A DNA stretch of 59,080 nucleotides, taken from the sequence record HQ641380.1. One strand, given 5' to 3'. The notes beneath the pieces were generated by a model. That model was given only the letters and a program-made list of their open reading frames with translations, was not told the DNA's origin and searched no databases. Origin of the DNA: Enterobacter phage EcP1. Numbering within the stretch: position 1 is the first letter of the stretch; the number at the start of each line of letters is the position of its first letter. Positions 16,308-26,721 of this stretch are shown piece after piece. The translations under genes were made by a program, and so were the position numbers.

Positions 16308-18901
16308 AACATATACTTTATAAGTATAAAGAAAATTCTGGTAATTTTCCTATAGCTGTATTAATTAAAGAACAGCAATTAAGAAAAAAAGATATTGAAA
16401 CGCATTACGCTGAACCAATTAATAAACTGATTGGAGTAGATACAAATATATCTGCATTCGATTTAGTTTATGACACTCCAAAGAAAGTCAGTGCTTCTAC
16501 CATTGATGAATATTTAGAAGAATTACTTCCGGTATTAAATGATATTGGAACCAAACTGATTTATGTGTGTGACGCTAATTATTTTAAACGTCTCACTAAA
16601 ATGAAGAAAGCTGAACCTTACTTAGGATATGTATTGCCATGTACTAAAGAAGGTTATGAGCATTTTCAGGTAGTATTAGGTATTAATTGGGGAGCATTAT
16701 TTTATAACCCTAGTATTCAGGATAAGCTTGATTTAAGTATAAAAACACTCGCAGATATGTTTACTGGTTCATATGAAGAACTGGGAAAAGATATTATTAA
16801 GTTTGCTGAATATCCGGATACAGTTAAAGAAATTTCTGATTGGCTGCAAAAGCTTCATACATATCCTGCACTTTCTGCGGATATCGAAGCATGGAGTTTA
16901 AAATTCTATGAAGCCCGATTAGGTACAATTTCATTTGCATGGAACCAACATGAAGGAATTGCATTCGCCGTAGATTTTGAAAGAAACTATGAAGATGCAT
17001 TAGCAATACGATTATTATTGAAGGGATTCTTTACAGAGTATAAAGGAAAAATGTTATGGCATAACGGAAGCTATGACTTAACAGTAATAATCTATGAACT
17101 ATGGATGAATGGGTTGTTAGATCAGAAAGGTTTACTTACTGGTTTAGATGTCATGACTAAAAATTGGCATGATACTAAAATTATAACTTATTTAGCCACA
17201 AACTCATGTGCTGGTAATCATTTAGGACTCAAAGCTCAGTCTCATGAATACGCAGGTAATTACGCATTAGACGATATCAAAGATATCAGCTTAATACCTA
17301 AGAAAGATCTGGTTCGATATAACCTCATTGATAGTCTGTGTACGTGGTATGTCTATGGTAAGCATTGGCAAACCATGAATGATGATAATCAGAGAGAATT
17401 GTATGATGATCTGTTCATGCCATCTCTGAAAAATATTATTCAGATGCAGTTAACAGGCATTCCATTAGACATGGAAGAAGTATTAAAAGTAGAGAAGATA
17501 CTAATTAAGGAAAAAGTAACTTTTTACCAAGAGATGCTTAAATTCTCAGTTATTACTGATTTGGTTCATAGCGTGCGTAAACGCAAGTGTGAGAAGAAGA
17601 ATGCTTCTCTTAAAACTAAGCAGGTGACTGTAGAAGACTTTGATGATCAGTTTAATCCAGATAGTCCTCTCCAATTGCAAGAACTGTTGTATGACATTAT
17701 GGGGCTTCCTGTAATAGATTTGACAGATACTAAAGCTCCGGCAACTGGTGCAGAAACCATGGAAAAACTTAAGTTTAAAGTTAAAACTCCTGAACATGCT
17801 GAGTTATTGGATTTACTTATTAAATTTAGTAAAGTTAATAAGATAATCACGTCATTTATTCCTGCATTCAAGGCTGCACCTAAAGCAGAAGATGGTTGGC
17901 ATTATTTGTTTGGTTTCTTCAATTTAGGGGGAACAGTATCAGGAAGACTTTCATCAAGTAATCCAAACTTACAGCAAATACCTTCAAGTAAATCTCCGTA
18001 CTCAAAAGTAATCAAAAAATGTTTTAGAGCACCTAAAGGTTTTCTATTTGTTGGGTTAGATTTTGCTTCATTAGAAGACAGAATATCTGCGGTTACTACC
18101 AAAGATTCCAACAAATTGAAAGTGTATACCGATGGGTATGACGGGCACTGTTTACGTGCTTATGCGTACTTTAAAGATGAAATGCCAGACATTATTAACA
18201 CAGTGGAAAGCATTAATAGCATCGAAGGTAAATATAAAGATATACGTCAAAAAAGTAAAACTCCAACATTCTTACTTACCTACCGTGGTACATACATGGG
18301 TTTAATGCAGAAATGTGGTTTTGATGAACCAACTGCAAAACAAATTGAATCCCGATATCACGAACTTTATAAGGAATCTGATGATTGGGTTAATGCCCGA
18401 TTAGAAGAAGCTACTAAAGTTGGATACGTCACTGCTGCCTTTGGATTGCGCGTCAGAACGCCTCTGCTGCATCAGGTAGTAATGGGAACCAAACATACAC
18501 CTTATGAGGCAGAAGCTGAAGGGCGTACTGCTGGTAACGCATTAGGGCAATCATGGTGCTTACTTAATAACAGAGCAGCAGTTGATGTGGCTCAACGTCT
18601 GGAAAAATTACCTGAATTGCGTATGCAGATCAGACCGGGTGCTCATATCCATGATGCTCAGTATTATATTATTCCGGATAACATTGATGTACTTCATTGG
18701 TTAAACGAAAACTTAGTTGATGCTGTTAAATGGCAGGAACATCCTGAAATTGCCCATGATGAAGTTAAACTAGGCGGAGAATTATCAGTATTCTATCCAA
18801 CGTGGAAAGATGAAATTGAACTGCCTAACGGTGCAACCAAAGAAGAAATTATACAAATTTGTATTGATTCTCAGAAACCTAAAGAGGAACCAAAAAAATG
18901 A
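16304..18901 (+). CDS. family A DNA polymerase with 3'-5' exonuclease domain
   Basis: Exo I SADIEAW; pol motif A LDFASLEDR, motif B RQKSKTPTFLLTYRG, motif C HIHDAQ. Confidence 0.9.
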   Translation: MKHILYKYKENSGNFPIAVLIKEQQLRKKDIETHYAEPINKLIGVDTNISAFDLVYDTPKKVSASTIDEYLEELLPVLNDIGTKLIYVCDANYFKRLTKMKKAEPYLGYVLPCTKEGYEHFQVVLGINWGALFYNPSIQDKLDLSIKTLADMFTGSYEELGKDIIKFAEYPDTVKEISDWLQKLHTYPALSADIEAWSLKFYEARLGTISFAWNQHEGIAFAVDFERNYEDALAIRLLLKGFFTEYKGKMLWHNGSYDLTVIIYELWMNGLLDQKGLLTGLDVMTKNWHDTKIITYLATNSCAGNHLGLKAQSHEYAGNYALDDIKDISLIPKKDLVRYNLIDSLCTWYVYGKHWQTMNDDNQRELYDDLFMPSLKNIIQMQLTGIPLDMEEVLKVEKILIKEKVTFYQEMLKFSVITDLVHSVRKRKCEKKNASLKTKQVTVEDFDDQFNPDSPLQLQELLYDIMGLPVIDLTDTKAPATGAETMEKLKFKVKTPEHAELLDLLIKFSKVNKIITSFIPAFKAAPKAEDGWHYLFGFFNLGGTVSGRLSSSNPNLQQIPSSKSPYSKVIKKCFRAPKGFLFVGLDFASLEDRISAVTTKDSNKLKVYTDGYDGHCLRAYAYFKDEMPDIINTVESINSIEGKYKDIRQKSKTPTFLLTYRGTYMGLMQKCGFDEPTAKQIESRYHELYKESDDWVNARLEEATKVGYVTAAFGLRVRTPLLHQVVMGTKHTPYEAEAEGRTAGNALGQSWCLLNNRAAVDVAQRLEKLPELRMQIRPGAHIHDAQYYIIPDNIDVLHWLNENLVDAVKWQEHPEIAHDEVKLGGELSVFYPTWKDEIELPNGATKEEIIQICIDSQKPKEEPKK

Positions 18902-19518
18902 AAGCAACTGAATACCTGATGCATGGTATTAAAATCATGGAGCAGCGTGCTAAAGACCGTAATCCTGAAGCGTCTGAAGAACGTCAGATTACTGCTACCC
19001 GTAAAATTTACGAAGCCATTCAAAATAAAAATACCATCGATAATGATTATGATGGTTGGATGTGGATGGTAGCACTTAAATTAGCACGAGCACAAAATGG
19101 GTTTAATCAGGATGATTATATCGATGGTATTAATTATCTGGCTCTGGCTGCTGAATCTCGTGCTACAGATGGAGAAAAAACTGTCGAAGAAGGCAGTGAT
19201 TATTTTAAATCTGATTTAGTTAAAAAATATACTCATTTTGAAAGAGCATTAATATCTTCATCTATGTTTGAAGGTAAAGAAAGTAAAGTTGAATACGCAG
19301 AAGCTAAGAAAAATTTAACCTGGTTTTGCGTTAATGCTTTATATCCAGATGTGTGTGATGCAGATGTGACGGTAATTGTGGATAATTACTGCGAAGCTGT
19401 TTTACGCTTAAATTCTGCTAAAAGTGATTTAGAGTCAATTGAATTATTAAAAAATGCAGAACCTTCTCTGGAAGCTATGCGTGTACTTTTTTCAAAAATT
19501 GTGAGAAAAGATAAATGA
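18898..19518 (+). CDS. hypothetical protein
   Basis: 206 aa ORF overlapping the polymerase stop. Confidence 0.45.
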   Translation: MKATEYLMHGIKIMEQRAKDRNPEASEERQITATRKIYEAIQNKNTIDNDYDGWMWMVALKLARAQNGFNQDDYIDGINYLALAAESRATDGEKTVEEGSDYFKSDLVKKYTHFERALISSSMFEGKESKVEYAEAKKNLTWFCVNALYPDVCDADVTVIVDNYCEAVLRLNSAKSDLESIELLKNAEPSLEAMRVLFSKIVRKDK

Positions 19519-20144
19519 GCCAAGTTAAATTAGTTGCCATTACCCCTAATATTGAAAAACTGGCCTGCTATATTGCTCGTGTATCAAATCCTGCCAATCA
19601 GCAAAGTGAAAGTACAGCTTTGTTGGATTATTGCATTAAGCATCAGCATTGGTCAGTATTTGAGCATGGATTCATTACTCTTGAAATGAATACTACTCGT
19701 GCAATTTCAGCACAGTTACTCCGTCACCGCAGCTTTACCTTTCAGGAATTCAGCCAGCGTTACGCTAAAGTGGATATGCTGGAAATTGAAATTCCTGACC
19801 TACGCCTGCAAGACCATACCAACCGACAGAATTCCATTGATGCAATGGACAGTATTGAGAAAGATGCACTGCGCTATGAAATTGATGGATTATTTCAGCA
19901 AGTAGATCACGTATATTCATTGCTGTTAAACAAAGGTGTAGCCAAGGAATGTGCCAGAATGGTACTGCCTATGTGTGCTCCTACTAAAGTCTATATGTCT
20001 GGTTCTCTGCGTTCGTGGATTCATTATATTGAACTGCGTTCTGCAAACGGTACACAGAAAGAGCATATGGTATTAGCAGAAGAAGCTAAGAAAATTATCA
20101 GTGAGCAACTTCCGGTAGTTGCTAAAGCTCTGAAGTGGATTTAA
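19515..20144 (+). CDS. thyX: FAD-dependent thymidylate synthase ThyX
   Basis: ThyX signature RHRSFTFQEFSQRY. Confidence 0.8.
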   Translation: MSQVKLVAITPNIEKLACYIARVSNPANQQSESTALLDYCIKHQHWSVFEHGFITLEMNTTRAISAQLLRHRSFTFQEFSQRYAKVDMLEIEIPDLRLQDHTNRQNSIDAMDSIEKDALRYEIDGLFQQVDHVYSLLLNKGVAKECARMVLPMCAPTKVYMSGSLRSWIHYIELRSANGTQKEHMVLAEEAKKIISEQLPVVAKALKWI

Positions 20145-20159
20145 AAATAAACAGGAGAA

Positions 20160-20954
20160 ATGTCTATGGCAATGCCTAATTCATTAAGGCAGTTGCAAGG
20201 ACAACCTGACAGTAATATCAAGCGGGGGAATAAATTTATGATTCCCCCTACTGATTTACGCATTCAGGAAGGTTACAACGTCCGTGCAGCATTTAACCCG
20301 GAGTATTGGGAAACCGAAGAAGCAAAAGAGCGTATTAATTCATTTGCCCATTCATATACTGAAGGTAAATTTGTACCACCAATCGTTGTTCAGGTACGTG
20401 ACGGATTATGTTATATCCGTGATGGGGAACATCGTTATCGCGGTCTGGTTCAGGCTGTACAGGCCGGAGCACAAATTCAGCATGTAGACGTGGTTGAAGT
20501 ATCTGGCGATGAACTGGATGAACTTGATACCCTACATGATTCAAACAATGGTAAACCATGGGGAATAATGGAAAAAGCGATTATTGTAAGTCGCTACTCT
20601 GCTTACGGTCTTACCAATAAAGATATCGCTAAACGTATGCACCTCAGTGAGGCTACAATCTCCAATTATCTGTTGGTAATGCAGATGCCCCTTAATATGA
20701 AAAAACGTCTCAGCGACGGTTCTCTGCAACTTTCTGTAGCACTTGAGCAGTATCGTGCTCATGGAACCAAAGGACTTGAAAAACCGGTTAAATCTAAATC
20801 TATCAACGCAGTAAAGAAAAAGCTGATTGATATTTTCGCTGAACCAAAAGTAACAGAACAACCCGACGGTTATCATTTGGTTTTATCTGCTGATCAATAT
20901 GCTGCAATTATGGAGTATACTGACCTGCTCAAACCTGAACCAGAAGGGGAATGA
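20160..20954 (+). CDS. ParB-like nuclease domain protein
   Basis: IRDGEHRYRG (ParB/Srx-type DGxHR) motif. Confidence 0.5.
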   Translation: MSMAMPNSLRQLQGQPDSNIKRGNKFMIPPTDLRIQEGYNVRAAFNPEYWETEEAKERINSFAHSYTEGKFVPPIVVQVRDGLCYIRDGEHRYRGLVQAVQAGAQIQHVDVVEVSGDELDELDTLHDSNNGKPWGIMEKAIIVSRYSAYGLTNKDIAKRMHLSEATISNYLLVMQMPLNMKKRLSDGSLQLSVALEQYRAHGTKGLEKPVKSKSINAVKKKLIDIFAEPKVTEQPDGYHLVLSADQYAAIMEYTDLLKPEPEGE

Positions 20955-20955
20955 C

Positions 20956-21963
20956 ATGTCTGTTACTTTCACAAACAATAGCCGGATAGCGATCTATTCG
21001 GCTGTTTGGTTATTAACTGATGATTATGATTATCAGACAACACCAAATTACATATCTGTAACAACTCTGCTTAAGCCGCTGAAGCAAATCATTTTAGCAA
21101 AGCGCTTAAATCGTGACCCAAGCATACAAAGAAATATTGATATCAGTTCACTGATTAAATCTAAAATCGGTACTGCATGTCATGATTCTATTGAACGTGC
21201 GTGGGAATCAGTAGAGTCTCGTAAGAAGGCATTAGCTCTTATGGGTGTGCCTGAAAAAGTTGCAGATAAAATTCGTGTTAATCCAACTGAAGAAGATCTG
21301 AAAGAAGAAGATATCATTCCAATTTATATGGAAACCAGAACTCAGAAAGAGATTAATGGTTTCGTGATTGGTGGTAAATTCGACCTTATCTTTGAAGGCA
21401 GACTGGTAGACCATAAATCAACCAGTACTTTCACGTATGAGAAAGGTGTGAAAGAGGAAGATTATCAGATGCAGGGCAGTATTTATCGTTGGTTAAACGA
21501 TGATAAAGTTACCCATGACCATATGTATATCAACTTCATTTTCACAGATTGGAAACGTGCCATGGCTATGGCTAATCTGAAGTATCCGCAATCTCAGATT
21601 ATGGAACATCCGATCCCTTTATTAAGTCTGGAAGAAACTGAACGTCAGATCATCAATAAAACAGATTTAATCCGTAAGTACATGGATTCCGATGAAAAGG
21701 ATATCCCACCATGTACTGATGAAGAATTGTGGAGAAGTGCATTTGTCTGGAAATATTATAAAAATCCGGAAAATAAAACACGCTCTACTAAAAATTTTGA
21801 TAATGAGGGTGAAGCTCATGATCGCTGGATAGCTGATGGGCGTATAGGGATTGTAGAAAAAACAGGTGGAGAAGTTAAAGCCTGTTGTTACTGTCCTGCA
21901 TATGAAATCTGTACTCAGAAAGATGAGTATCTTAAATCCGGTGAACTTAACCCAATAATTTAA
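20956..21963 (+). CDS. PD-(D/E)xK nuclease, Cas4/RecB-like, with C-terminal Cys cluster
   Basis: FDLIFEGRLVDHKST (D...E.K) and C-terminal CCYCPAYEIC; start set to the ATG after the upstream stop. Confidence 0.5.
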   Translation: MSVTFTNNSRIAIYSAVWLLTDDYDYQTTPNYISVTTLLKPLKQIILAKRLNRDPSIQRNIDISSLIKSKIGTACHDSIERAWESVESRKKALALMGVPEKVADKIRVNPTEEDLKEEDIIPIYMETRTQKEINGFVIGGKFDLIFEGRLVDHKSTSTFTYEKGVKEEDYQMQGSIYRWLNDDKVTHDHMYINFIFTDWKRAMAMANLKYPQSQIMEHPIPLLSLEETERQIINKTDLIRKYMDSDEKDIPPCTDEELWRSAFVWKYYKNPENKTRSTKNFDNEGEAHDRWIADGRIGIVEKTGGEVKACCYCPAYEICTQKDEYLKSGELNPII

Positions 21964-21973
21964 GAGGAAAGAC

Positions 21974-24220
21974 ATGAAAGATTTGGCAGAGATCCCATAT
22001 CACAAGTTATCAGAGGATATTGTGGATGTTCTTATTAAAAAAACTCAGAATGATACACCGTTATTTTTCCGGGTTCAGGTAGCGTATTTTTTGGCTAAAG
22101 TGGCAGCAAGTATGCGAACCACAATTGATACGTTGGATCGCGGTTCTCTGCCTGTCAACGTGTATGCTATTAACTTAGCTCCATCCGGATTTGGTAAAGG
22201 CCATTCAACCAATATTATCGAAGAACAGATTATTAATCAGTTCCGGTATAATTTTACTCAGCATACATTCCCTGCTATCTCAGACCAGAGTCTGCAAAAG
22301 ATTGCCTCAGTACGAGCGCAGCGTGATGGCACTGACTATGATGATGAACTTGTTGCTGTACAGAAAGAGTTTAATTCTCTTGGTTCATTATTATTTTCAT
22401 TCAGTGAAGGTACATCTCCGGCTGTTAAGCAAATGCGACATAAAGTGCTTATGGCTGAGTGCGGTGCAATTAACTTTGAAATGGATGAAATGGGTTCTAA
22501 CTTAATGGGTAACATTGAAGTTTTAACCACATTTTTAGAATTGTACGATGTAGGCAAAGTGAAAGCTAAACTTACTAAAAACACTTCTGAATCCAAACGT
22601 AGTGAAGAAATTGACGGGCGTTCACCTACCAATATGCTGTTATTTGGTACTCCGGCTAAACTGCTTAATGGCGGTGCTGAAGAAAGTGAATTCTATTCAT
22701 TGCTTGAAACTGGTTATGCCAGACGTTGTTTATTTGGATACTCAAATATTGAGAAAACCAAACGTGAAATTACACCGGAAGAAGTATTCAAATTAGCGGT
22801 AGATAAGACTACCAATAATTTAGTAAGCCAACTGTCTCAATATTTTGGACGTTTAGCTAATCCGGCTAAGTATGGAACCAGTCTGATTATCAGTGAGGAA
22901 GCTACATTACTTCTCATTGAATATAAATTGCGTTGTGAAAATGAAGCAATGGACTTATCAGACCATGAAGAAATTCGTAAAGCAGAGATATCTCACCGGT
23001 ACTTTAAAGCTCTCAAACTGGCAGGTGCATACGCATTCGTTGATGAAAGCCCTGAAGTAACGATAGACCATATCTACTCAGCTATTAAGCTGACAGAAGA
23101 TTGTGGTGAAGCTTTTAAAAAGATTCTTAATCGTGAAAAAGCTCACATGAAGCTGGCACGTTATATCGCTGAAATTGGACGTGATGTGACTAATGCTGAT
23201 ATGGTAGAAGATTTACCATTCTATCCTAATACAGCAGCCAGAAAGAATGAAATGATGAACCTTGCTCGTGCATGGGGATATAAAAACAATATCATCATCA
23301 AGTCTCATATTGAAGAAGGTATTGAATTCTATTCAGGTGAAACTCTGGAAGTAACCGATCTGGATAAACTGAATATTTCCTATGGTACACACTTTGCGTA
23401 TAACTATCTCAGTGAACCAATTAAATTCGGTAACATTGCACGTCTGGCTCGTGTACAGGATATGAACTGGATTAACCATTATTTGATTAATGGTAAAGAA
23501 GGTAAAGGTCACAGAAACAGTCTTAACATTTTAGCCGGATTCAATATGGTTGTACTTGATATTGATGGCACAGCTACCATTGATATGGTTCGTGAATTAT
23601 TGGATGAATACAATTATCTGATTTACACAACCAAAAGTCATACACCGCAGGCTAATCGCTTCAGACTTATTATGCCGACTAACTATGTGCTTAAACTGGA
23701 TGAAGAAGAATTCAAAGACTTCATGCAAAACGTTTATGCATGGGTTCCATTTGAAGTAGATGACCAGACATTCGATCGTTGCCGTAAATGGGCGTGTAAT
23801 GAGAATGCTGAGGTTTATATCAATGTGGATGATGAATACGGTCAAAAGTTAAAAGAAGTGCTGACAGACCCTGCATATCACATTACAACCAATGCTTCAT
23901 GTAAGATGCTTGATGCATTACCATTCATTCCTAAAACTTCACGTAACGAAGAATACAAATCCAATTTAGCCAATCTGGAGAATCTGGATAACATTGAAAG
24001 ATGGTTTGCTTCACGCATGACATCAGGACAGCGTAATAACCAACTGTTCAAATATGCCATGATGTTAGCCAGCTCAGGTCTGGACGTACCGGCAATCCGT
24101 GAACGTGTAATTGCATTCAATGATAAAATGAAAGATAAGATTTCTGTAAAAGAAATTGATAATACTGTCATTACAACATTGGCTAAACGTTTACAGGATG
24201 GACGTGTTAAATCAAAATAA
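21974..24220 (+). CDS. DNA primase (prim-pol type C-terminal region), N4 gp43-like
   Basis: VVLDIDGT and TTKSHTPQANRFRLI prim-pol-like motifs; N-terminal GFGKGHS P-loop-like motif; 748 aa. Confidence 0.5.
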   Translation: MKDLAEIPYHKLSEDIVDVLIKKTQNDTPLFFRVQVAYFLAKVAASMRTTIDTLDRGSLPVNVYAINLAPSGFGKGHSTNIIEEQIINQFRYNFTQHTFPAISDQSLQKIASVRAQRDGTDYDDELVAVQKEFNSLGSLLFSFSEGTSPAVKQMRHKVLMAECGAINFEMDEMGSNLMGNIEVLTTFLELYDVGKVKAKLTKNTSESKRSEEIDGRSPTNMLLFGTPAKLLNGGAEESEFYSLLETGYARRCLFGYSNIEKTKREITPEEVFKLAVDKTTNNLVSQLSQYFGRLANPAKYGTSLIISEEATLLLIEYKLRCENEAMDLSDHEEIRKAEISHRYFKALKLAGAYAFVDESPEVTIDHIYSAIKLTEDCGEAFKKILNREKAHMKLARYIAEIGRDVTNADMVEDLPFYPNTAARKNEMMNLARAWGYKNNIIIKSHIEEGIEFYSGETLEVTDLDKLNISYGTHFAYNYLSEPIKFGNIARLARVQDMNWINHYLINGKEGKGHRNSLNILAGFNMVVLDIDGTATIDMVRELLDEYNYLIYTTKSHTPQANRFRLIMPTNYVLKLDEEEFKDFMQNVYAWVPFEVDDQTFDRCRKWACNENAEVYINVDDEYGQKLKEVLTDPAYHITTNASCKMLDALPFIPKTSRNEEYKSNLANLENLDNIERWFASRMTSGQRNNQLFKYAMMLASSGLDVPAIRERVIAFNDKMKDKISVKEIDNTVITTLAKRLQDGRVKSK

Positions 24221-24240
24221 GCCCTGTTCTTTGGGCTTTA
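24219..24240 (+). terminator. weak terminator-like hairpin
   Basis: AAGCCC-n8-GGGCTT followed by TAAAA. Confidence 0.3.
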
Positions 24241-24255
24241 AAACAGGATAGAGTC

Positions 24256-24996
24256 ATGTCAGATGAAATTTTTAACAAACAGTTAGTACTGATTGGCGGA
24301 GAATCCGCTACAGGAAAATCAGCATCATTACGAAATATTCGTGATCAGGAGAATACTTTATACCTGAATGCTGAAGCTGGTAAACGACTGCCATTCCGCA
24401 GTAAATTTAAACAAGCGGTAATTACTGACCCTATGCAAGTACCGCAGACTTTCAAAGATATCAAAACAGTTGAAGCCATTAAAGGAACCAAACTGCTTAT
24501 CTGCGACTCACTTACATTCCTGATGGATATGTATGAATCTACTCGCGTATTGAAAGCAAAAAACAAAATGGAAGGATGGTCAGACTTCCAGCAGTACTTT
24601 AAAGAATTAATGCAGGTTCATGTTGCATCAGCAAATCATGGTGTAATTTTTACTGCGCATACAAAGTCAGAACTGAATGAAGCAACAGGTTTGTATCAGA
24701 CTTCAGTTCCGATCAAAGGTGCTCTCAAAGGCAACGGTATCGAAGCATATTTCAGTACAGTAGTACACGCTAAGAAGATGCCATTAACTGCATTAGAGAA
24801 GTACCAATCAGATTTGTTACACATCACTGAAGATGATGAGATTGTAGGGTACAAACATGTATTCCAAACTCAGGTAACAAAAGAAACAGTCGGGGATCGT
24901 ATACGTTCACCCATGGGAATGTTTAGTCGGAATGAAACATTCATGGACAACGATGCTCAACTGCTGTTAGACCGTTTAAACGAATATTACAATTAA
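24256..24996 (+). CDS. P-loop NTPase (replication/recombination-associated ATPase)
   Basis: Walker A GESATGKS near the N-terminus; 246 aa. Confidence 0.45.
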   Translation: MSDEIFNKQLVLIGGESATGKSASLRNIRDQENTLYLNAEAGKRLPFRSKFKQAVITDPMQVPQTFKDIKTVEAIKGTKLLICDSLTFLMDMYESTRVLKAKNKMEGWSDFQQYFKELMQVHVASANHGVIFTAHTKSELNEATGLYQTSVPIKGALKGNGIEAYFSTVVHAKKMPLTALEKYQSDLLHITEDDEIVGYKHVFQTQVTKETVGDRIRSPMGMFSRNETFMDNDAQLLLDRLNEYYN

Positions 24997-25008
24997 GGAA
25001 ATTTCCAT

Positions 25009-25737
25009 ATGTCATTATTACAATCTGTTCAATCTGCCAACGATGTTGAAGAATCCCGCGATAGCTTAGGTGGTAATTTTAATACCATCAACTCAAACAT
25101 GTACCCGACTAAGCTTAAAGCTATCTATTTGGGGCAAGCTAAGAGCGGTGCTATTTCTGCAACCATTCTGGCAGATGTTATGGTAGATACTGATACTAAA
25201 GAAATGCATCAGTATTCCGAAACTCTGTATTTTACCAATAAACAAGGTAAGTCTTACTATGAAAAAGATGGTAAGAAACATTATCTGCCGGGTTTCAATA
25301 TCGTCAATGCGATCTGTGAACTGACTACCGGTAAAGGTATTCTGGAACAAAGCACTGAAAAACGTACTTTCAATATCTACAATTATGAAGATAAGAAAGA
25401 AGTACCAACTGAAGTTGAAACTCTGGTTAATACCATGGGTAAAGAACTTTACTTAGGTATCATTTTCCGTAAAGAAAATAAATCCAAAAAGAATGATGCC
25501 GGTGAATATGTGGATATCAATGAACCGCGTAACGTTAACGTTATTGATCTGGTTACTGATGTTGAAAAATTCACTGCCAACGAAAGACGTGCCAAAGCAG
25601 CCAAACCTGAATTCTTTGAAAAATGGGTTGAGAAATGGGGTAACGTAGTTGATGATCGTTACAAACATAACGATGATGCACCAGCAGAAGGCGCACCTGC
25701 AAATTCAGGTTCATCTACCAAATCACTGTTTGGTTAA
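25009..25737 (+). CDS. putative single-stranded DNA-binding protein (N4 gp45-like)
   Basis: Position between the primase/ATPase and the RusA-like gene; 242 aa; C-terminal KSLFG tail. Confidence 0.35.
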   Translation: MSLLQSVQSANDVEESRDSLGGNFNTINSNMYPTKLKAIYLGQAKSGAISATILADVMVDTDTKEMHQYSETLYFTNKQGKSYYEKDGKKHYLPGFNIVNAICELTTGKGILEQSTEKRTFNIYNYEDKKEVPTEVETLVNTMGKELYLGIIFRKENKSKKNDAGEYVDINEPRNVNVIDLVTDVEKFTANERRAKAAKPEFFEKWVEKWGNVVDDRYKHNDDAPAEGAPANSGSSTKSLFG

Positions 25738-25746
25738 TACGTGATA

Positions 25747-25774
25747 TACTCCGGTGTAAAAGCCGGAGTATTTT
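25747..25774 (+). terminator. rho-independent terminator
   Basis: TACTCCGG-n8-CCGGAGTA followed by TTTT. Confidence 0.65.
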
Positions 25775-25778
25775 CATA

Positions 25779-26165
25779 ATGAACCAACATATTTTAATAT
25801 CCCCTGTCAGTATTCCAGTATCCAGTAAAAAAGTATTCAGATTAAATTTAAATGAATATCGTAACGCTCACTATCACGTACTGAACCAAGCAAAAATCAA
25901 CTATAAATCCCACATGTCTGAACAAATATCGAAACTGCCTAAGATGTCTAAAATAGGTATTGAGTATCGATTATTTGTTGGTTCACGCAGACGATGTGAT
26001 GTTATGAATATTTGTTCAATTGTGGATAAATTTTTCTGTGATGCATTAACTGAATTAGGGAAAATAACGGATGATGATTATGATCATCTGCCAGCTATAA
26101 ATTGCAGATTCGGTGGATATGATAAAAATAATCCACGAGTCGAAATAATAATTGAGGAACTGTAA
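25779..26165 (+). CDS. RusA-like Holliday junction resolvase
   Basis: RRRCDVMN...DKFFCDAL...ITDDDY pattern (RusA D-D-N / K / DD). Confidence 0.5.
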   Translation: MNQHILISPVSIPVSSKKVFRLNLNEYRNAHYHVLNQAKINYKSHMSEQISKLPKMSKIGIEYRLFVGSRRRCDVMNICSIVDKFFCDALTELGKITDDDYDHLPAINCRFGGYDKNNPRVEIIIEEL

Positions 26166-26560
26166 TGCAAACTGTAATTAAAGAAGATGAGATCAAAACA
26201 GCAATCGAACAGTACATGAATAAAACGTACTTCCCTCATGCTGATTTTGAATATGCAATTGAAATCAAAGCTACCCGCGGTGCAGATGGCACTACTGCTG
26301 AAATTGAAGTTAATCCGAAAGGTATGCAGAAGACTGCTAAAGAACCTGTAAAGGCAGAAGTACCTGAACCAAAGAAAGAAGAGAAGTCTGAAGCAGTAGT
26401 TGAAGCCAAAACTGAAACTAAACCTGCTAAGACAGAAACCAAAGCAGAAGAAGTACAGGAAGAAAAACCTACTCGTGCTACTGGCTCACTCTTTGACAAG
26501 GTAGAAGACAAAGAAGAAGCTAAACCTGCTGAAGGTAAATCTCTGTTCGATCAAAAATAA
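26165..26560 (+). CDS. Lys/Glu-rich low-complexity protein
   Basis: KTETKPAKTETKAEE repeats; ends ...GKSLFDQK, the same SLF tail as the SSB-like protein. Confidence 0.45.
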   Translation: MQTVIKEDEIKTAIEQYMNKTYFPHADFEYAIEIKATRGADGTTAEIEVNPKGMQKTAKEPVKAEVPEPKKEEKSEAVVEAKTETKPAKTETKAEEVQEEKPTRATGSLFDKVEDKEEAKPAEGKSLFDQK

Positions 26561-26622
26561 GGTAATACATGAAACAAGTATGGCTGACTACTAAGGCTAT
26601 ACTGATCACTGTATTGATATTA

Positions 26623-26646
26623 GGGATGCTTTGGGCATCCCTTTTT
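26623..26646 (+). terminator. terminator hairpin at the end of the rightward block
   Basis: GGGATGC-n5-GCATCCC followed by TTTTTG. Confidence 0.5.
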
Positions 26647-26721
26647 GTTATTGCCTTTATCGGTATAGTCATATGGTATGTAATAGGCGCACTATGCATT
26701 TTTATCATAGTGCGCCTTGTA

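Noticed and set aside
19699-19905. 68 aa ORF inside thyX in another frame
   Set aside because: Embedded in a well-supported ThyX coding frame; no independent signals.
20284-20876. Three short ORFs (+/-) inside the ParB-like gene
   Set aside because: Overlap a better-supported longer ORF; no RBS or conservation cues.
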